Assembly: GCA_963759765.1 (NCBI GenBank)
Contig: CAVXAL010000003.1
Span: 1,011,080 to 1,075,079, forward strand
DNA: 64,000 bases
Direction: 5' to 3'
Origin: Candidatus Aminicenantes bacterium
GTDB taxonomy: Bacteria; Acidobacteriota; Aminicenantia; UBA2199
Shown here one piece after another: positions 18,944 through 28,307 of the stretch. The translations under genes were made by a program, and so were the position numbers. The notes under the pieces are model-generated. The model ran no database searches and was not told the origin of the DNA. It saw nothing but the letters and a program-made list of their open reading frames with translations. How positions within the stretch are numbered: the first letter of the stretch is position 1; each line of letters begins with the position of its first letter.

Positions 18944-20260
18944 ATGAAAATTCGAGTTCGCTTCTTTTTACTGCTGTTTGTCAGCGCACTGGCCAGCCCG
19001 CTTTTTTCAGGCGCGGACGAGCCCGAGTCCTTGAGCGTGGAGGAGGCGGTTAAACTGGTGCTGGCCCACAACCACTCTCTCCAGGAAGCAGCGGATGCCG
19101 TTGCCATTTTCCAGGCCAAGGTGGAACAGAGCCGCAGCGGCCTTTTCCCCAATGTGCGGGCCGACCTCTCCTATACGCGTCTGGGGCCGCTTTCGGAAAT
19201 CTCGATTCCCGGCCTCGGTTCATTCGAGCTGTATCCCGCCAATAACTACGATATGCATGCGGCGCTGCGGCAGAATCTGTACGATTTCAATCGCACCCGC
19301 GAGGGGATCAACCTGGCCCGTTCTCAGATCCGTACCGTTGAGGACCGCTGGCTGCTGCTGAAACGCGATCTGGAGTACCAGACCGCCCAGTTGTTTTATA
19401 CCATCCTGCTGCTGCGGGAAAACATCCGGGTCAAGGAAGAACATATCCGCATGCTGAATGAGCACCTGGAAATAAGCAGGCGCAAGGTCCAGAGCGGCAC
19501 CGCCACCGAGTTGGAAGTGCTCACCACCCAGGTCCGGGTGGTGACCGCGCAGAGCCAGGAGCTGAACCTGGAAAACACCCTGGCCAAGGAGGTCATCGCC
19601 CTGCAGCGCCTGATCGGCCGCCCTGAGAAAAAAGCTCTCCAGCTGCGCGGAGAATTGTCCTATCAGGCGCTGGCCTTGAACGCCGCCGAGCTGGTCGCCA
19701 GTGCCTGGCAGAAGCGTCCGGAAATGCGGGCGGTCAAAGACATCAGGCAATCGGCTGCCATCCAGTTTCACCTGGCCGGCCTGCACGACAGACCCGCTCT
19801 CAATTTAGACCTGCTGGCCGGAACGAGAAACGGTTATTTCCCTGACTTGAATCAGCTGAAGCTGAATTTCGTTTTAAGCGTTCAGGCCGACATCCCCATT
19901 TTCAACGGCAACCTGACCCGCTACCTGAAAGCGGAAGCGCGGGCCAACCTGAAAACCATTGAAGATCGAAGCAGGGAGATTGAGGAGATGATCCGCGCCG
20001 AAGTGTTGCAAGCCGTTTCCGACGTGCAGACCGGCGAGAAGGAATTGCAGCTCGTGGAAGTCAACATCGAGCAGGCCAGGAAAGCCCGGGAATTCGCCAA
20101 AGCGCGCTACCAGGCCGGCACCGTCACCAATCTCGATTTAATAGACGCGGAGGAAGCTTATTCCGAGGCGGAATGGGTAAAACTGCAGGCACTGTACAAA
20201 TGCGTCATCAGTCAACTGGCTCTGCAGCGGGCGGTCGGGAATAACCTGATACTTAAATAA
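18944..20260 (+). CDS. TolC family outer-membrane efflux channel
   Basis: Signal peptide, two OEP-like helical repeats, ARYQAGTVTNLDLIDAE; follows emrAB. Confidence 0.88.
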   Translation: MKIRVRFFLLLFVSALASPLFSGADEPESLSVEEAVKLVLAHNHSLQEAADAVAIFQAKVEQSRSGLFPNVRADLSYTRLGPLSEISIPGLGSFELYPANNYDMHAALRQNLYDFNRTREGINLARSQIRTVEDRWLLLKRDLEYQTAQLFYTILLLRENIRVKEEHIRMLNEHLEISRRKVQSGTATELEVLTTQVRVVTAQSQELNLENTLAKEVIALQRLIGRPEKKALQLRGELSYQALALNAAELVASAWQKRPEMRAVKDIRQSAAIQFHLAGLHDRPALNLDLLAGTRNGYFPDLNQLKLNFVLSVQADIPIFNGNLTRYLKAEARANLKTIEDRSREIEEMIRAEVLQAVSDVQTGEKELQLVEVNIEQARKAREFAKARYQAGTVTNLDLIDAEEAYSEAEWVKLQALYKCVISQLALQRAVGNNLILK

Positions 20261-20407
20261 TATTCTTTTTTTCAGCAAAAAATTTTTCCTTCCTGGGCTC
20301 CGCGTGAGTGCTTGTATTGCCATTGTTTTTTTGTTGTGCTAAAAAGAATATCAGAGAATTAGGTGGTTCGGGGTGGCTGATATGTGTGCAGGGAAAGGGG
20401 GCGACCC

Positions 20408-23400
20408 ATGAAGAAAATCGGCATATTTTGCCTGGGGTGTTTGCTCGGTCTGTTTCTGATTTCGTCATCAGGTGACAAAACCAATATCGTGCGAAAGCCG
20501 GATGTCAAAAGCCGTGAATTCTTGATTGGCCAGCAGCGGCAGAGCCCAAAGCCTGATAATCGGATTTCGCAAATGAAAGTGAGCACTGATTTCGGCATGC
20601 TGCCGCTCTATTTCATTCCCAACCAGGGCCAGGTGGATCAGGCAGCCAGGTTCTATGCCAGAACCTCCCGCTACACGCTCTGGATCACTCGGCAAGGGCT
20701 GGTATTTGACAGTATTCGAAAAGATGCAGGGGCAATTAGAGCCACCGGCGTATCGCGCCTCGTTTTTGTCGGCGCCAATCCCAATACTGAAATAGTTACG
20801 CTCGAGGATGATGGATACCGGATCAATTATTTCACAGGAAATGATCCCGGAAAATGGCGCACCGCTATCCCGACTGCCCGAGCGGTACTTTATAGGGGAA
20901 TTTATAAAAATATCGACCTCAAGGTGCACGGGATAGAGAAGCAGGTCGAGTATGATTGGTTGGTGAGACCCGGGGGTGATGCCGCTTCCATTCAGTTTGA
21001 GTGCCAGAGTATTGAGAGCGCCCATGTGGATGCTGAGGGCAATCTGTTGGTCGAAACCCCATTCGGCGTGTTGAAAAATAAAAAACCTTTCGCTTTTCAA
21101 AATACTGCTAATGGCTCCAGGAAAACAACAAATGCGGCATTCAAAAAAATGGCTGGGAACATCTGGGGATTCACGGTGGGTGAGTATGACCGGAGCCTGG
21201 AACTTGTCATTGATCCGCTGGTCCTGGTTTATTCCACCTACCTGGGCGGATCAGCCGATGATTACGATTATGGCATTGCAGTCGATGGCGCCGGTTGCGC
21301 TTATGTGACGGGCCAAACCGCTTCCAGCGATTTCCCCATAAGCGACACTCCTTTTCAGCCCTCCAAAAGTATTGGCTGGGACCTCTTTGTCACCAAGCTG
21401 AATTCCAGCGGCAGCGGTCTTGTCTATTCCACTTACCTGGGCGGTTCGGCCAATGATTACGGGCTTGGCATTGCGGTTGACAGCTCCGGCTGCGCTTACC
21501 TGACGGGTTACACCGCTTCCGTCAATTTCCCCATTTACAATCCCATGCAAATGTTTTACGGCGGCGGCAATACGGATGCTTTTGTTGCCAAGCTGAACGC
21601 CGGCGGCGATACCTTGCTCTATTCCACCTTTCTGGGCGGCCAGGGCGATGAGCGGGGCCTGTCCATTGCGCTTGATGGAAGCAACTGCGCCTATGTGACG
21701 GGTTATACCAATTCGGTCAATTTCCCTGTGAACAGCAATCCGTTTCAGCAGACCAAAAGCGTTGGCTGGGATGCCTTTGTCACCAAGCTAAACGCCAGCG
21801 GCAGCGGTCTTGTCTATTCCACTTACCTGGGCGGCTGGAGCGATGATAGCGGCAGTGGCATTGCGGTTGACAGCTCCGGCTGCGCCTACGTGACCGGTCA
21901 AACCGCTTCCAGCAATTTTCCCACCCAGAATCCATATCAGTCGTACAGGGCGGGTGGGCGCGATGCGTTTGTCAGCAAACTGAACGCCAGCGGCAGCGGC
22001 CTGGTTTATTCCACTTTTTTGGGCGGCTCAGCCGACGACTATGGTTTTGGCATTGCCCTGGATGGCTCAGGCTGCGCCTATGTGACAGGTCAGACCGCTG
22101 CCAACGATTTCCCCACTCACAATTCCTTTCAGTCGGCCAATATGGGCGGGAGCGATGCGTTTGTCAGCAAGCTAACCAGCGGCGGCAACGGGCTGGTTTA
22201 TTCCACCTATCTGGGCGGATCAGCCGATGATGGAGGCAATGGCATTGCGGTGAACAGTACGGGCTGCGCCTTTGTGACGGGCCAGACCGCTTCCGGCAAT
22301 TTCCCCACCAACAATTCCTTTCAGGCGACCCAGGGCGGCGGCTTCGATGCCTTTGTCAGCGAGCTCGAACGCCAGCGGCAACAGCCTGGTTTTTTCCACT
22401 TACCTGGGCGGATCCTCCGATGACCATGGCTTTGGCATTGCGCTGGACGGCACAGGCTACGATTATCTGACGGGCTATACCCAGTCCTCGGATTTCCCTA
22501 TTGGTACTAATCCGTTTCAATCGGATAAAAATGGCGGCTGGGATGCCTTTATCAGCAAGCTGGCATTGACCCATACGGTTTCTTTCATTGCCGGAGCCAA
22601 CGGCCATTTAACCGGAAATGCCAATCAAACCATTGTTGATGGCTATAACACAAGTGCGGTGACCGCAGTGCAAAACAGCGGGTACCATTTTGTCAACTGG
22701 ACCGGAACCGGCGGTTTCACTTCCACAGCCAATCCCCTGACCGTGACCAATGTAGCTGCCAACATGACCATCACCGCCAATTTCGCCATCACTCCCAATT
22801 ACACGGTCAATTTTCTGGCTGGAGTCAACGGAACTTTGAGCGGGAACACAACGCAGACGGTCAGCCAGGGCGGAAGCACCACGCCAGTAACAGCAGTGCC
22901 AAACAGTGGGTACCATTTCGTCAACTGGACTGGAACCGGGGGCTTCACCTCAACCGCCAATCCCCTGACCGTGACCAATGTGACTGCCAACATGACCATT
23001 ACCGCCAATTTCGCAATCACCAGCACTTACACGGTGAATTTCCTGGCTGGAGTCAACGGAACTTTGAGCGGGACTACCACGCAGACGGTCAGCCAGGGCG
23101 GAAGCACCACGCCAGTTACCGCGCTTCCGGATAGCGGGTATCATTTCGTCAATTGGACTGGAACCGGAGGCTTCACCTCAACCGCCAATCCCCTGACCGT
23201 GACCAATGTGATCTCCAACATGACTATCACCGCCAATTTCGCCATCAATCCCACTTACACGGTCAATTTCCTTGCTGGAGTCAACGGAACTTTGAGCGGA
23301 ACCACCACACAGACGGTCAACCAGGGCGGAAGCACCACGCCGGTTACCGCAGTGCCAAACAGCGGGTTTTGTTTCTTCAACTGGACAGGAACCGGCGGTT

Positions 23401-23792
23401 TCGCCTCAACCGCCAATCCCCTCACCGTGACCAATGTGATTTCCAACATGACCATCACCGCCAATTTCGTAATCGCGCCAACTCTGTTGCTTCAAGGTCA
23501 GAAGCTGTTGGAAAGGCTCTGGCTTGTGCGCAGGCCTTACGGCCAGATCAGTATGACAGTCTCCAATCCGGGAAACGCGCCTATAGTAAAATACATTTTG
23601 TACCGCAAGGTCAGCGGCGGCACGTATTCGGTCATCCGGGAGATTGCACCATCGTCGTTCCAGAACGGGAAATATACCTTTAATGACTTATTCGCAAACT
23701 TCTTTAATCCAACCATGACTTATACCTACAAGTTGGAGGCGCGCAATGCAGCCGGGATCTTGCTCGCCACATCCAACGAGGTAACGATTTAA
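20408..23792 (+). CDS. Large secreted/surface protein: N-terminal domain + seven SBBP-type repeats + four 76-aa InlB-B/Flg_new-like repeats + Fn3/Ig-like C-terminus; +1 indel at 22366
   Basis: LPLYFIPNQGQ N-terminus, seven (V/L)YST(Y/F)LGG repeats, four TV(N/S)F.AG.NG.L.G...QT repeats. Joining ORFs 20384..22423 and 22347..23792 gives about 1128 aa. Confidence 0.88.
21230..22570 (+). repeat. Seven intragenic SBBP-type repeats, period 195/195/195/192/192/193 nt
   Basis: YST/FST codons at 21230, 21425, 21620, 21815, 22007, 22199 and 22392. The 193-nt interval independently locates the extra base at 22366. Confidence 0.85.
22572..23483 (+). repeat. Four tandem 228-bp (76-aa) intragenic repeats
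   Basis: Units start at 22572, 22800, 23028 and 23256; units 2-4 share long identical DNA stretches such as ctggagtcaacggaactttgagcgg. Confidence 0.9.
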
Positions 23793-23864
23793 CCTTAATG
23801 GAATTGGTTCAGAAGCGATTGCTCCATTTCTATTCTTGACTGGGATGATAGGGTGGGGGAAGAA

Positions 23865-23937
23865 TGACCCCACCAGGAATCGAACCTGGAACCTATTGAT
23901 TAAGAGTCAATTGCTCTGCCAATTGAGCTATGGGGCC
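23865..23937 (-). tRNA. tRNA-Lys (anticodon CTT), CCA not encoded
   Basis: GGCCCCATAGCTCAATTGGCAGAGCAATTGACTCTTAATCAATAGGTTCCAGGTTCGATTCCTGGTGGGGTCA forms a full cloverleaf with GTTCGA T-loop and loop CTCTTAA. Confidence 0.96.
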
Positions 23938-23953
23938 AGCACTGACTTGAAAA

Positions 23954-23982
23954 ATTTTAACAGAGTTGCCGCGGCAAGTCAA
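23954..23982 (-). promoter_or_regulatory. Sigma70 promoter of tRNA-Lys
   Basis: Minus strand: TTGACT (23982-23977), 17 nt, TAAAAT (23959-23954). Confidence 0.75.
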
Positions 23983-24079
23983 TAAAGCGTCAAAAAGCAT
24001 GGCATCCGAATCCGCAGGGTGACATGATATCCATCTGAAATTATTTTCTGTTTGTCTTATAATCTGGACAGGAGTTAAC

Positions 24080-25894
24080 ATGCCAAAGAAAAACAGGGTA
24101 TGGCTATTTTCATTCATTGTTTTTTTAACAATGGGCCTGATGGCGGAAAGCAAGAGCCGGGATTTCCGGATTGAGGGGAACCGGTTTTTAATGAACGGGA
24201 AACCGTACCAGATCATTTCCGGAGAGATGCATTATGCCCGCATCCCCCCGGAATACTGGGCGGACCGGCTGCGCAAGGCCAGGGCCATGGGCCTGAACAC
24301 GGTCTGCACCTATATGTTCTGGAACACCCACGAGCCGGAGCCGGGTCAATTCGATTTTTCCGGACCGCTCGACGCGGCCCGCTACATCCGTCTGGCGGGC
24401 GAGGCCGGATTGAACGTGATCCTGCGCTGCAGTCCTTACGCCTGCGCCGAATGGGATTTCGGCGGGTTTCCGGCCCGGCTGCTGAACGAACCGGGAATCC
24501 GCGTGCGCTGCCTGGATGCGCGCTACATGGCCGCTGTGGCGCGTTACGTCCGCAGGCTGGGCGAGGAGCTGGCCGGGCTGCAGAGCACGCGGGGCGGCCC
24601 GATCATTGCCCTGCAGGTGGAAAACGAGTACGGCTCCTACGGCAATGACCGGGAATACATGGCCGAGCTGGCGCGTCTCTACCGCCAGGCCGGTTTTGAC
24701 ATTCCCTTTACTACCGCCGACGGCCCGGCGCGCTACCTGCTTGAATCGGGTTCTCTGCCGGACGCGCTGCCCGTGATCAATTTCGGCGGCGACGCGCCCA
24801 GACAATTCCCCCGGCTCGAAGAGTTCCGACCCGGTATTCCACAGATGTGCGGCGAATACTGGTGCGGCTGGTTCACCCACTGGGGCGACGCCCGCTGGGG
24901 GAGCGCCGATCTTGAAGAGCAGAAAAAAGATGTCGAATGGATGCTGAAAAACGGCAAATCGTTCAGTTTGTACATGTTCCACGGGGGAACCAATTTCGGG
25001 TTCTGGGCAGGCGCCAATCTGGGAGAGCGCTACGAACCGGACATCACTTCCTACGATTACGACGCGCCTTTGGACGAGGCGGGCCGACCGACCAGGAAGT
25101 TTTTCGTATTCCGCGACCTGATCCGGAAATTCGGACCGGAACAGGGGAAATTGCCCCCGCTGCCCAAACCGCTGTCTGCGTTTGCCATTCCTTCCTTTGT
25201 GCCGGGCCAGACTGCTGCGCTGTTTGCCAACCTGCCGGCAGCGAAACACTCCCCGCAGCCGGAGACCATGGAATCCTATGGCCAGTATTTCGGCTACATC
25301 CTGTACCGCACGCGGCTGATCGGGCCGAAAAAGGGGAGGCTGGTCATTCGCGAACCGCACGATTACGCTCTCGTTTTTCTTGACGGGAAATGGATCGGCA
25401 AACTGGACCGGCGTCTGGGTGAAAGCAGCCTGGATCTGCCCGAGAGCGGCGCAAACGCGCCGCAGTTGGACATTCTGGTGGAAGCGCTGGGTCGGGTCAA
25501 TTTCGGGCCCGGCCTGCTGGACAGGAAGGGCATCACCCAGTACGTGACCCTGAACAACGTCACGCTCATGAACTGGGAAGTTTTTAACCTGCCGCTGGAC
25601 ACCCCTTTTCTGCAAGGCCTCCGCTTCAGTTCGCTACCCAAAGTGGCTGGCCCCGGTTTTTTCAAGGCAACCATTATCCTGAACGAGACGGGCGACACCT
25701 TTCTGGATTTGAGCGGCTGGCGCAAGGGAGTGGTCTGGGTCAATGGCCGCAACCTGGGGCGGTTCTGGAATGTCGGGCCGCAGCGTGACCTCTATCTGCC
25801 GGCTCCCTGGCTGAGAAAGGGGGAGAACGAGATCGTGGTGTTCGATCTGGAACAGGGGAACGCCTCGCCGATCAAAGGCAGCCCGAGCAGGTAG
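24080..25894 (+). CDS. Beta-galactosidase, GH35, secreted
   Basis: SGEMHYARIP, YACAEWDFGGFP, QVENEYGSY (acid/base), MCGEYWCGWF (nucleophile), YMFHGGTNFG, TSYDYDAPL. Confidence 0.94.
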   Translation: MPKKNRVWLFSFIVFLTMGLMAESKSRDFRIEGNRFLMNGKPYQIISGEMHYARIPPEYWADRLRKARAMGLNTVCTYMFWNTHEPEPGQFDFSGPLDAARYIRLAGEAGLNVILRCSPYACAEWDFGGFPARLLNEPGIRVRCLDARYMAAVARYVRRLGEELAGLQSTRGGPIIALQVENEYGSYGNDREYMAELARLYRQAGFDIPFTTADGPARYLLESGSLPDALPVINFGGDAPRQFPRLEEFRPGIPQMCGEYWCGWFTHWGDARWGSADLEEQKKDVEWMLKNGKSFSLYMFHGGTNFGFWAGANLGERYEPDITSYDYDAPLDEAGRPTRKFFVFRDLIRKFGPEQGKLPPLPKPLSAFAIPSFVPGQTAALFANLPAAKHSPQPETMESYGQYFGYILYRTRLIGPKKGRLVIREPHDYALVFLDGKWIGKLDRRLGESSLDLPESGANAPQLDILVEALGRVNFGPGLLDRKGITQYVTLNNVTLMNWEVFNLPLDTPFLQGLRFSSLPKVAGPGFFKATIILNETGDTFLDLSGWRKGVVWVNGRNLGRFWNVGPQRDLYLPAPWLRKGENEIVVFDLEQGNASPIKGSPSR

Positions 25895-25986
25895 GTCGCC
25901 AACCGGTTCTTGAATTTTTCCGTTATTCAGCATAAAATATACAGGTCAGATTTTCAATTCCATTTTGAAACGATAAGGAGAAAATC

Positions 25987-26598
25987 ATGGGCAAGAAAAG
26001 CATTTTATTGGGTTGTCTGGGAATCGTCGTTGTGGTCGCCATCATCCTGGTGGCCGGGGTCGTCGGTTCCTACAACTCGCTGGTCGCGCTGGACCAGAAG
26101 GTGCAGGCGCAGTGGGCGCAGGTGGAAAACGTGTATCAGCGCCGCGCCGACCTGGTTCCCAACCTGGTGGAAACGGTCAAGGGCGCGGCCGCCTTCGAGA
26201 AAGAAACCTTCACCGCTGTGACCGAGGCTCGCGCCAAGGTGGGGCAGGTATCGCTGGGTGCCCAGGGTCTGCTCAACAATGCGGAGAACTTCGCCAAGTT
26301 CCAGCAGGCCCAGGAGGGCCTCTCCTCGGCCCTGTCCCGGCTGCTGGTGGTGGTCGAGAAATACCCGGAATTGAAAGCCACCCAGAATTTCCGCGACCTG
26401 CAAAACCAGCTGGAAGGCACGGAAAACCGCATCAACTTTGAACGGATGCGCTTCAACGAGGCTGCCCAGGCCTTCAACACCCGGCGCATGAGCTTTCCCA
26501 CCGTGCTAATCGCCGGCTTTTTCGGCGACCGTTTCCGGGAAAAGTTCTATTTCAAGGCGCAGCCCGGCACGGAAACCGCTCCCAAAGTGAAGTTCTGA
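25987..26598 (+). CDS. lemA: LemA family protein
   Basis: QVENVYQRRADLVPNLVETVKG, VEKYPELKA, QLEGTENRI. Confidence 0.95.
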   Translation: MGKKSILLGCLGIVVVVAIILVAGVVGSYNSLVALDQKVQAQWAQVENVYQRRADLVPNLVETVKGAAAFEKETFTAVTEARAKVGQVSLGAQGLLNNAENFAKFQQAQEGLSSALSRLLVVVEKYPELKATQNFRDLQNQLEGTENRINFERMRFNEAAQAFNTRRMSFPTVLIAGFFGDRFREKFYFKAQPGTETAPKVKF

Positions 26599-26602
26599 GC
26601 CG

Positions 26603-27343
26603 GTGAAACGGCCTCTCCGTTTTCTCCTGGCCAGCCTGGCAGCCGGGGTGCTTTTCTGCACTTTGCGGCTGGGTGGGGTGGGCCCGCCGATCCCCCCTGC
26701 GCCCGCGCGCTGGCTGACCGACCGGGCCGGATTCCTTGCTGCTGCAACAGCAGGCCAAGTGGACGACCAGCTCCAGGCGTTCGAACGGAGCACCGGCCAT
26801 CAGGTTCTCGTTTACATTGATCGCACCAGTGGCGGCGTGCCCATCGAGGATTGGGCGGTCCGGGCATTCGAAAACTGGAAGGTCGGTCGCCGGGGCCTGG
26901 ACGACGGCTTGGTGCTTTTCATCATGAGCGAGGACCGCCGGCTGCGCATCGAAGTGGGTTATGGCCTGGAAGCGACCGTTACCGACATCGTGGCCTCGCG
27001 CATCATCAACGAGGTGATCGTTCCCCGCATCCGGGACAATGATCCGGATGCGGCCGTGCGCGAAGGGGTGGCGGCCATACTGGAGGCGATCGGCGGGCCC
27101 GCGGCTGAGCAGAAAGCGGAACCCCGAACGCGGCGGCCCGTGCCAGTTGGCTCTCCGCTGCAGACGTTTTTCATCATCCTTGTCGTTATCGGCTTCATCC
27201 TGCTGTTCATCACCCATCCCTCGCTGGCCATTTATCTTCTTTTCAGCATGCTCTCCGGAGGCCGGCGCGGTGGCGGCGGTGGAGGCGGATTTTTCGGCGG
27301 CGGCGGTCGTTCCGGTGGTGGCGGTGCCTCGGGCTCCTGGTAG
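26603..27343 (+). CDS. TPM domain protein (YgcG-like) with Gly-rich tail
   Basis: DRAGFL, DDGLVLF, RIEVGYGLE, GGGGRSGGGGASGSW. Confidence 0.9.
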   Translation: MKRPLRFLLASLAAGVLFCTLRLGGVGPPIPPAPARWLTDRAGFLAAATAGQVDDQLQAFERSTGHQVLVYIDRTSGGVPIEDWAVRAFENWKVGRRGLDDGLVLFIMSEDRRLRIEVGYGLEATVTDIVASRIINEVIVPRIRDNDPDAAVREGVAAILEAIGGPAAEQKAEPRTRRPVPVGSPLQTFFIILVVIGFILLFITHPSLAIYLLFSMLSGGRRGGGGGGGFFGGGGRSGGGGASGSW

Positions 27344-27357
27344 CCCGGGAGGTGAGC

Positions 27358-27807
27358 ATGAACCGGCGAAAATTGCTGCAAGCGATAGACGCGGATAAGG
27401 TCAAGGCGGCCATTGTCGCAGCCGAGAAAGAGACCTCGGGAGAGATCCGCGTTTCCGTGTCGCGGTTTTTCTGGGGCAGCGTGTTCAAGGCCGCCCAAAA
27501 AGCGTTCCGGCGGCTGGGCATGGCCGCCACCCGTGAGCGCAACGGCATTCTTTTCTTCATCGTGCCCGGCCGGCGGCGCTTCGCGGTCATCGGCGACAGC
27601 GGCATCCACGAGAAGGTGGGCCAAAAGTTTTGGGAGGGGCTGAGCGCGGCGCTGGCCGAGAGGTTCCGCGCCAGAGATTTTACCGGCGGCCTGGTGGAAG
27701 CCATTGGTGAAGCCGGCCGGCAACTGGCCGCTCACTTCCCCTATGACGCGGCCACGGATGTGAACGAGTTGGCGGACGATATCGATTACGGTGCCGAGAA
27801 AAAATAG
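27358..27807 (+). CDS. TPM domain protein (lemA-associated)
   Basis: AEKETSGEIRV, TRERNGILF, IGDSGIHEKVG, NELADDI. Confidence 0.88.
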   Translation: MNRRKLLQAIDADKVKAAIVAAEKETSGEIRVSVSRFFWGSVFKAAQKAFRRLGMAATRERNGILFFIVPGRRRFAVIGDSGIHEKVGQKFWEGLSAALAERFRARDFTGGLVEAIGEAGRQLAAHFPYDAATDVNELADDIDYGAEKK

Positions 27808-27824
27808 TCTGGCCGCTTCGAGGC

Positions 27825-28298
27825 ATGGTGAACATGGATAAAAATTCAAAACGGCAGCGCTACCGCCGCATCCGCAAGCAGCTGGCGGAGCTGCTGGAAA
27901 AAACCGCGGATCCGGTGGCGCGCATGGCCACCGTGGCCTGCCTGCTCTACCAGAAGATGGACCACTTTTTCTGGTGCGGCTTTTACCGCCTGCTGGATGG
28001 CGAGTTGCTCGTCGGGCCCTATCAGGGGAGCCTGGCCTGTCTGAAACTGAAGAAGCACACCGGGGTCTGCTGGGCCGGCATCCTCCGCCGCCAGGTGATC
28101 AATGTCCCGGACATCCACTGTTTCCCCGGTCACATCGCCTGCGACAGCCGCTCCAAGTCGGAAATCGTGGTGCCGGTGTGCAATGATCGGGGAGAGATCC
28201 AAGCGGTGCTCGATGTGGACAGCGACCGTTTAGATTCGTTTGATGAGGTGGACGAGCAGGAACTGCCGCTTGTCGTGGCGCTGATTTACGGCGGCTGA
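27825..28298 (+). CDS. Stand-alone GAF protein, free methionine-R-sulfoxide reductase (fRMsr/MsrC-like)
   Basis: WCGFY, VGPYQGSLAC, GVC, PGHIACDSRSKSEIVVP, VLDVDS. Confidence 0.85.
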   Translation: MVNMDKNSKRQRYRRIRKQLAELLEKTADPVARMATVACLLYQKMDHFFWCGFYRLLDGELLVGPYQGSLACLKLKKHTGVCWAGILRRQVINVPDIHCFPGHIACDSRSKSEIVVPVCNDRGEIQAVLDVDSDRLDSFDEVDEQELPLVVALIYGG

Positions 28299-28307
28299 GA
28301 ACTCTTT

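Noticed and set aside
21230-23483. CRISPR array or DGR template/variable repeat pair
   Set aside because: The repeats are in-frame protein repeats with 192-228-nt periods, no unique spacers, no cas or reverse transcriptase gene, and no adenine-specific differences noticed.
20261-23937. Integrative element or prophage at tRNA-Lys
   Set aside because: No integrase, no att duplication of the tRNA 3' end, no phage genes.
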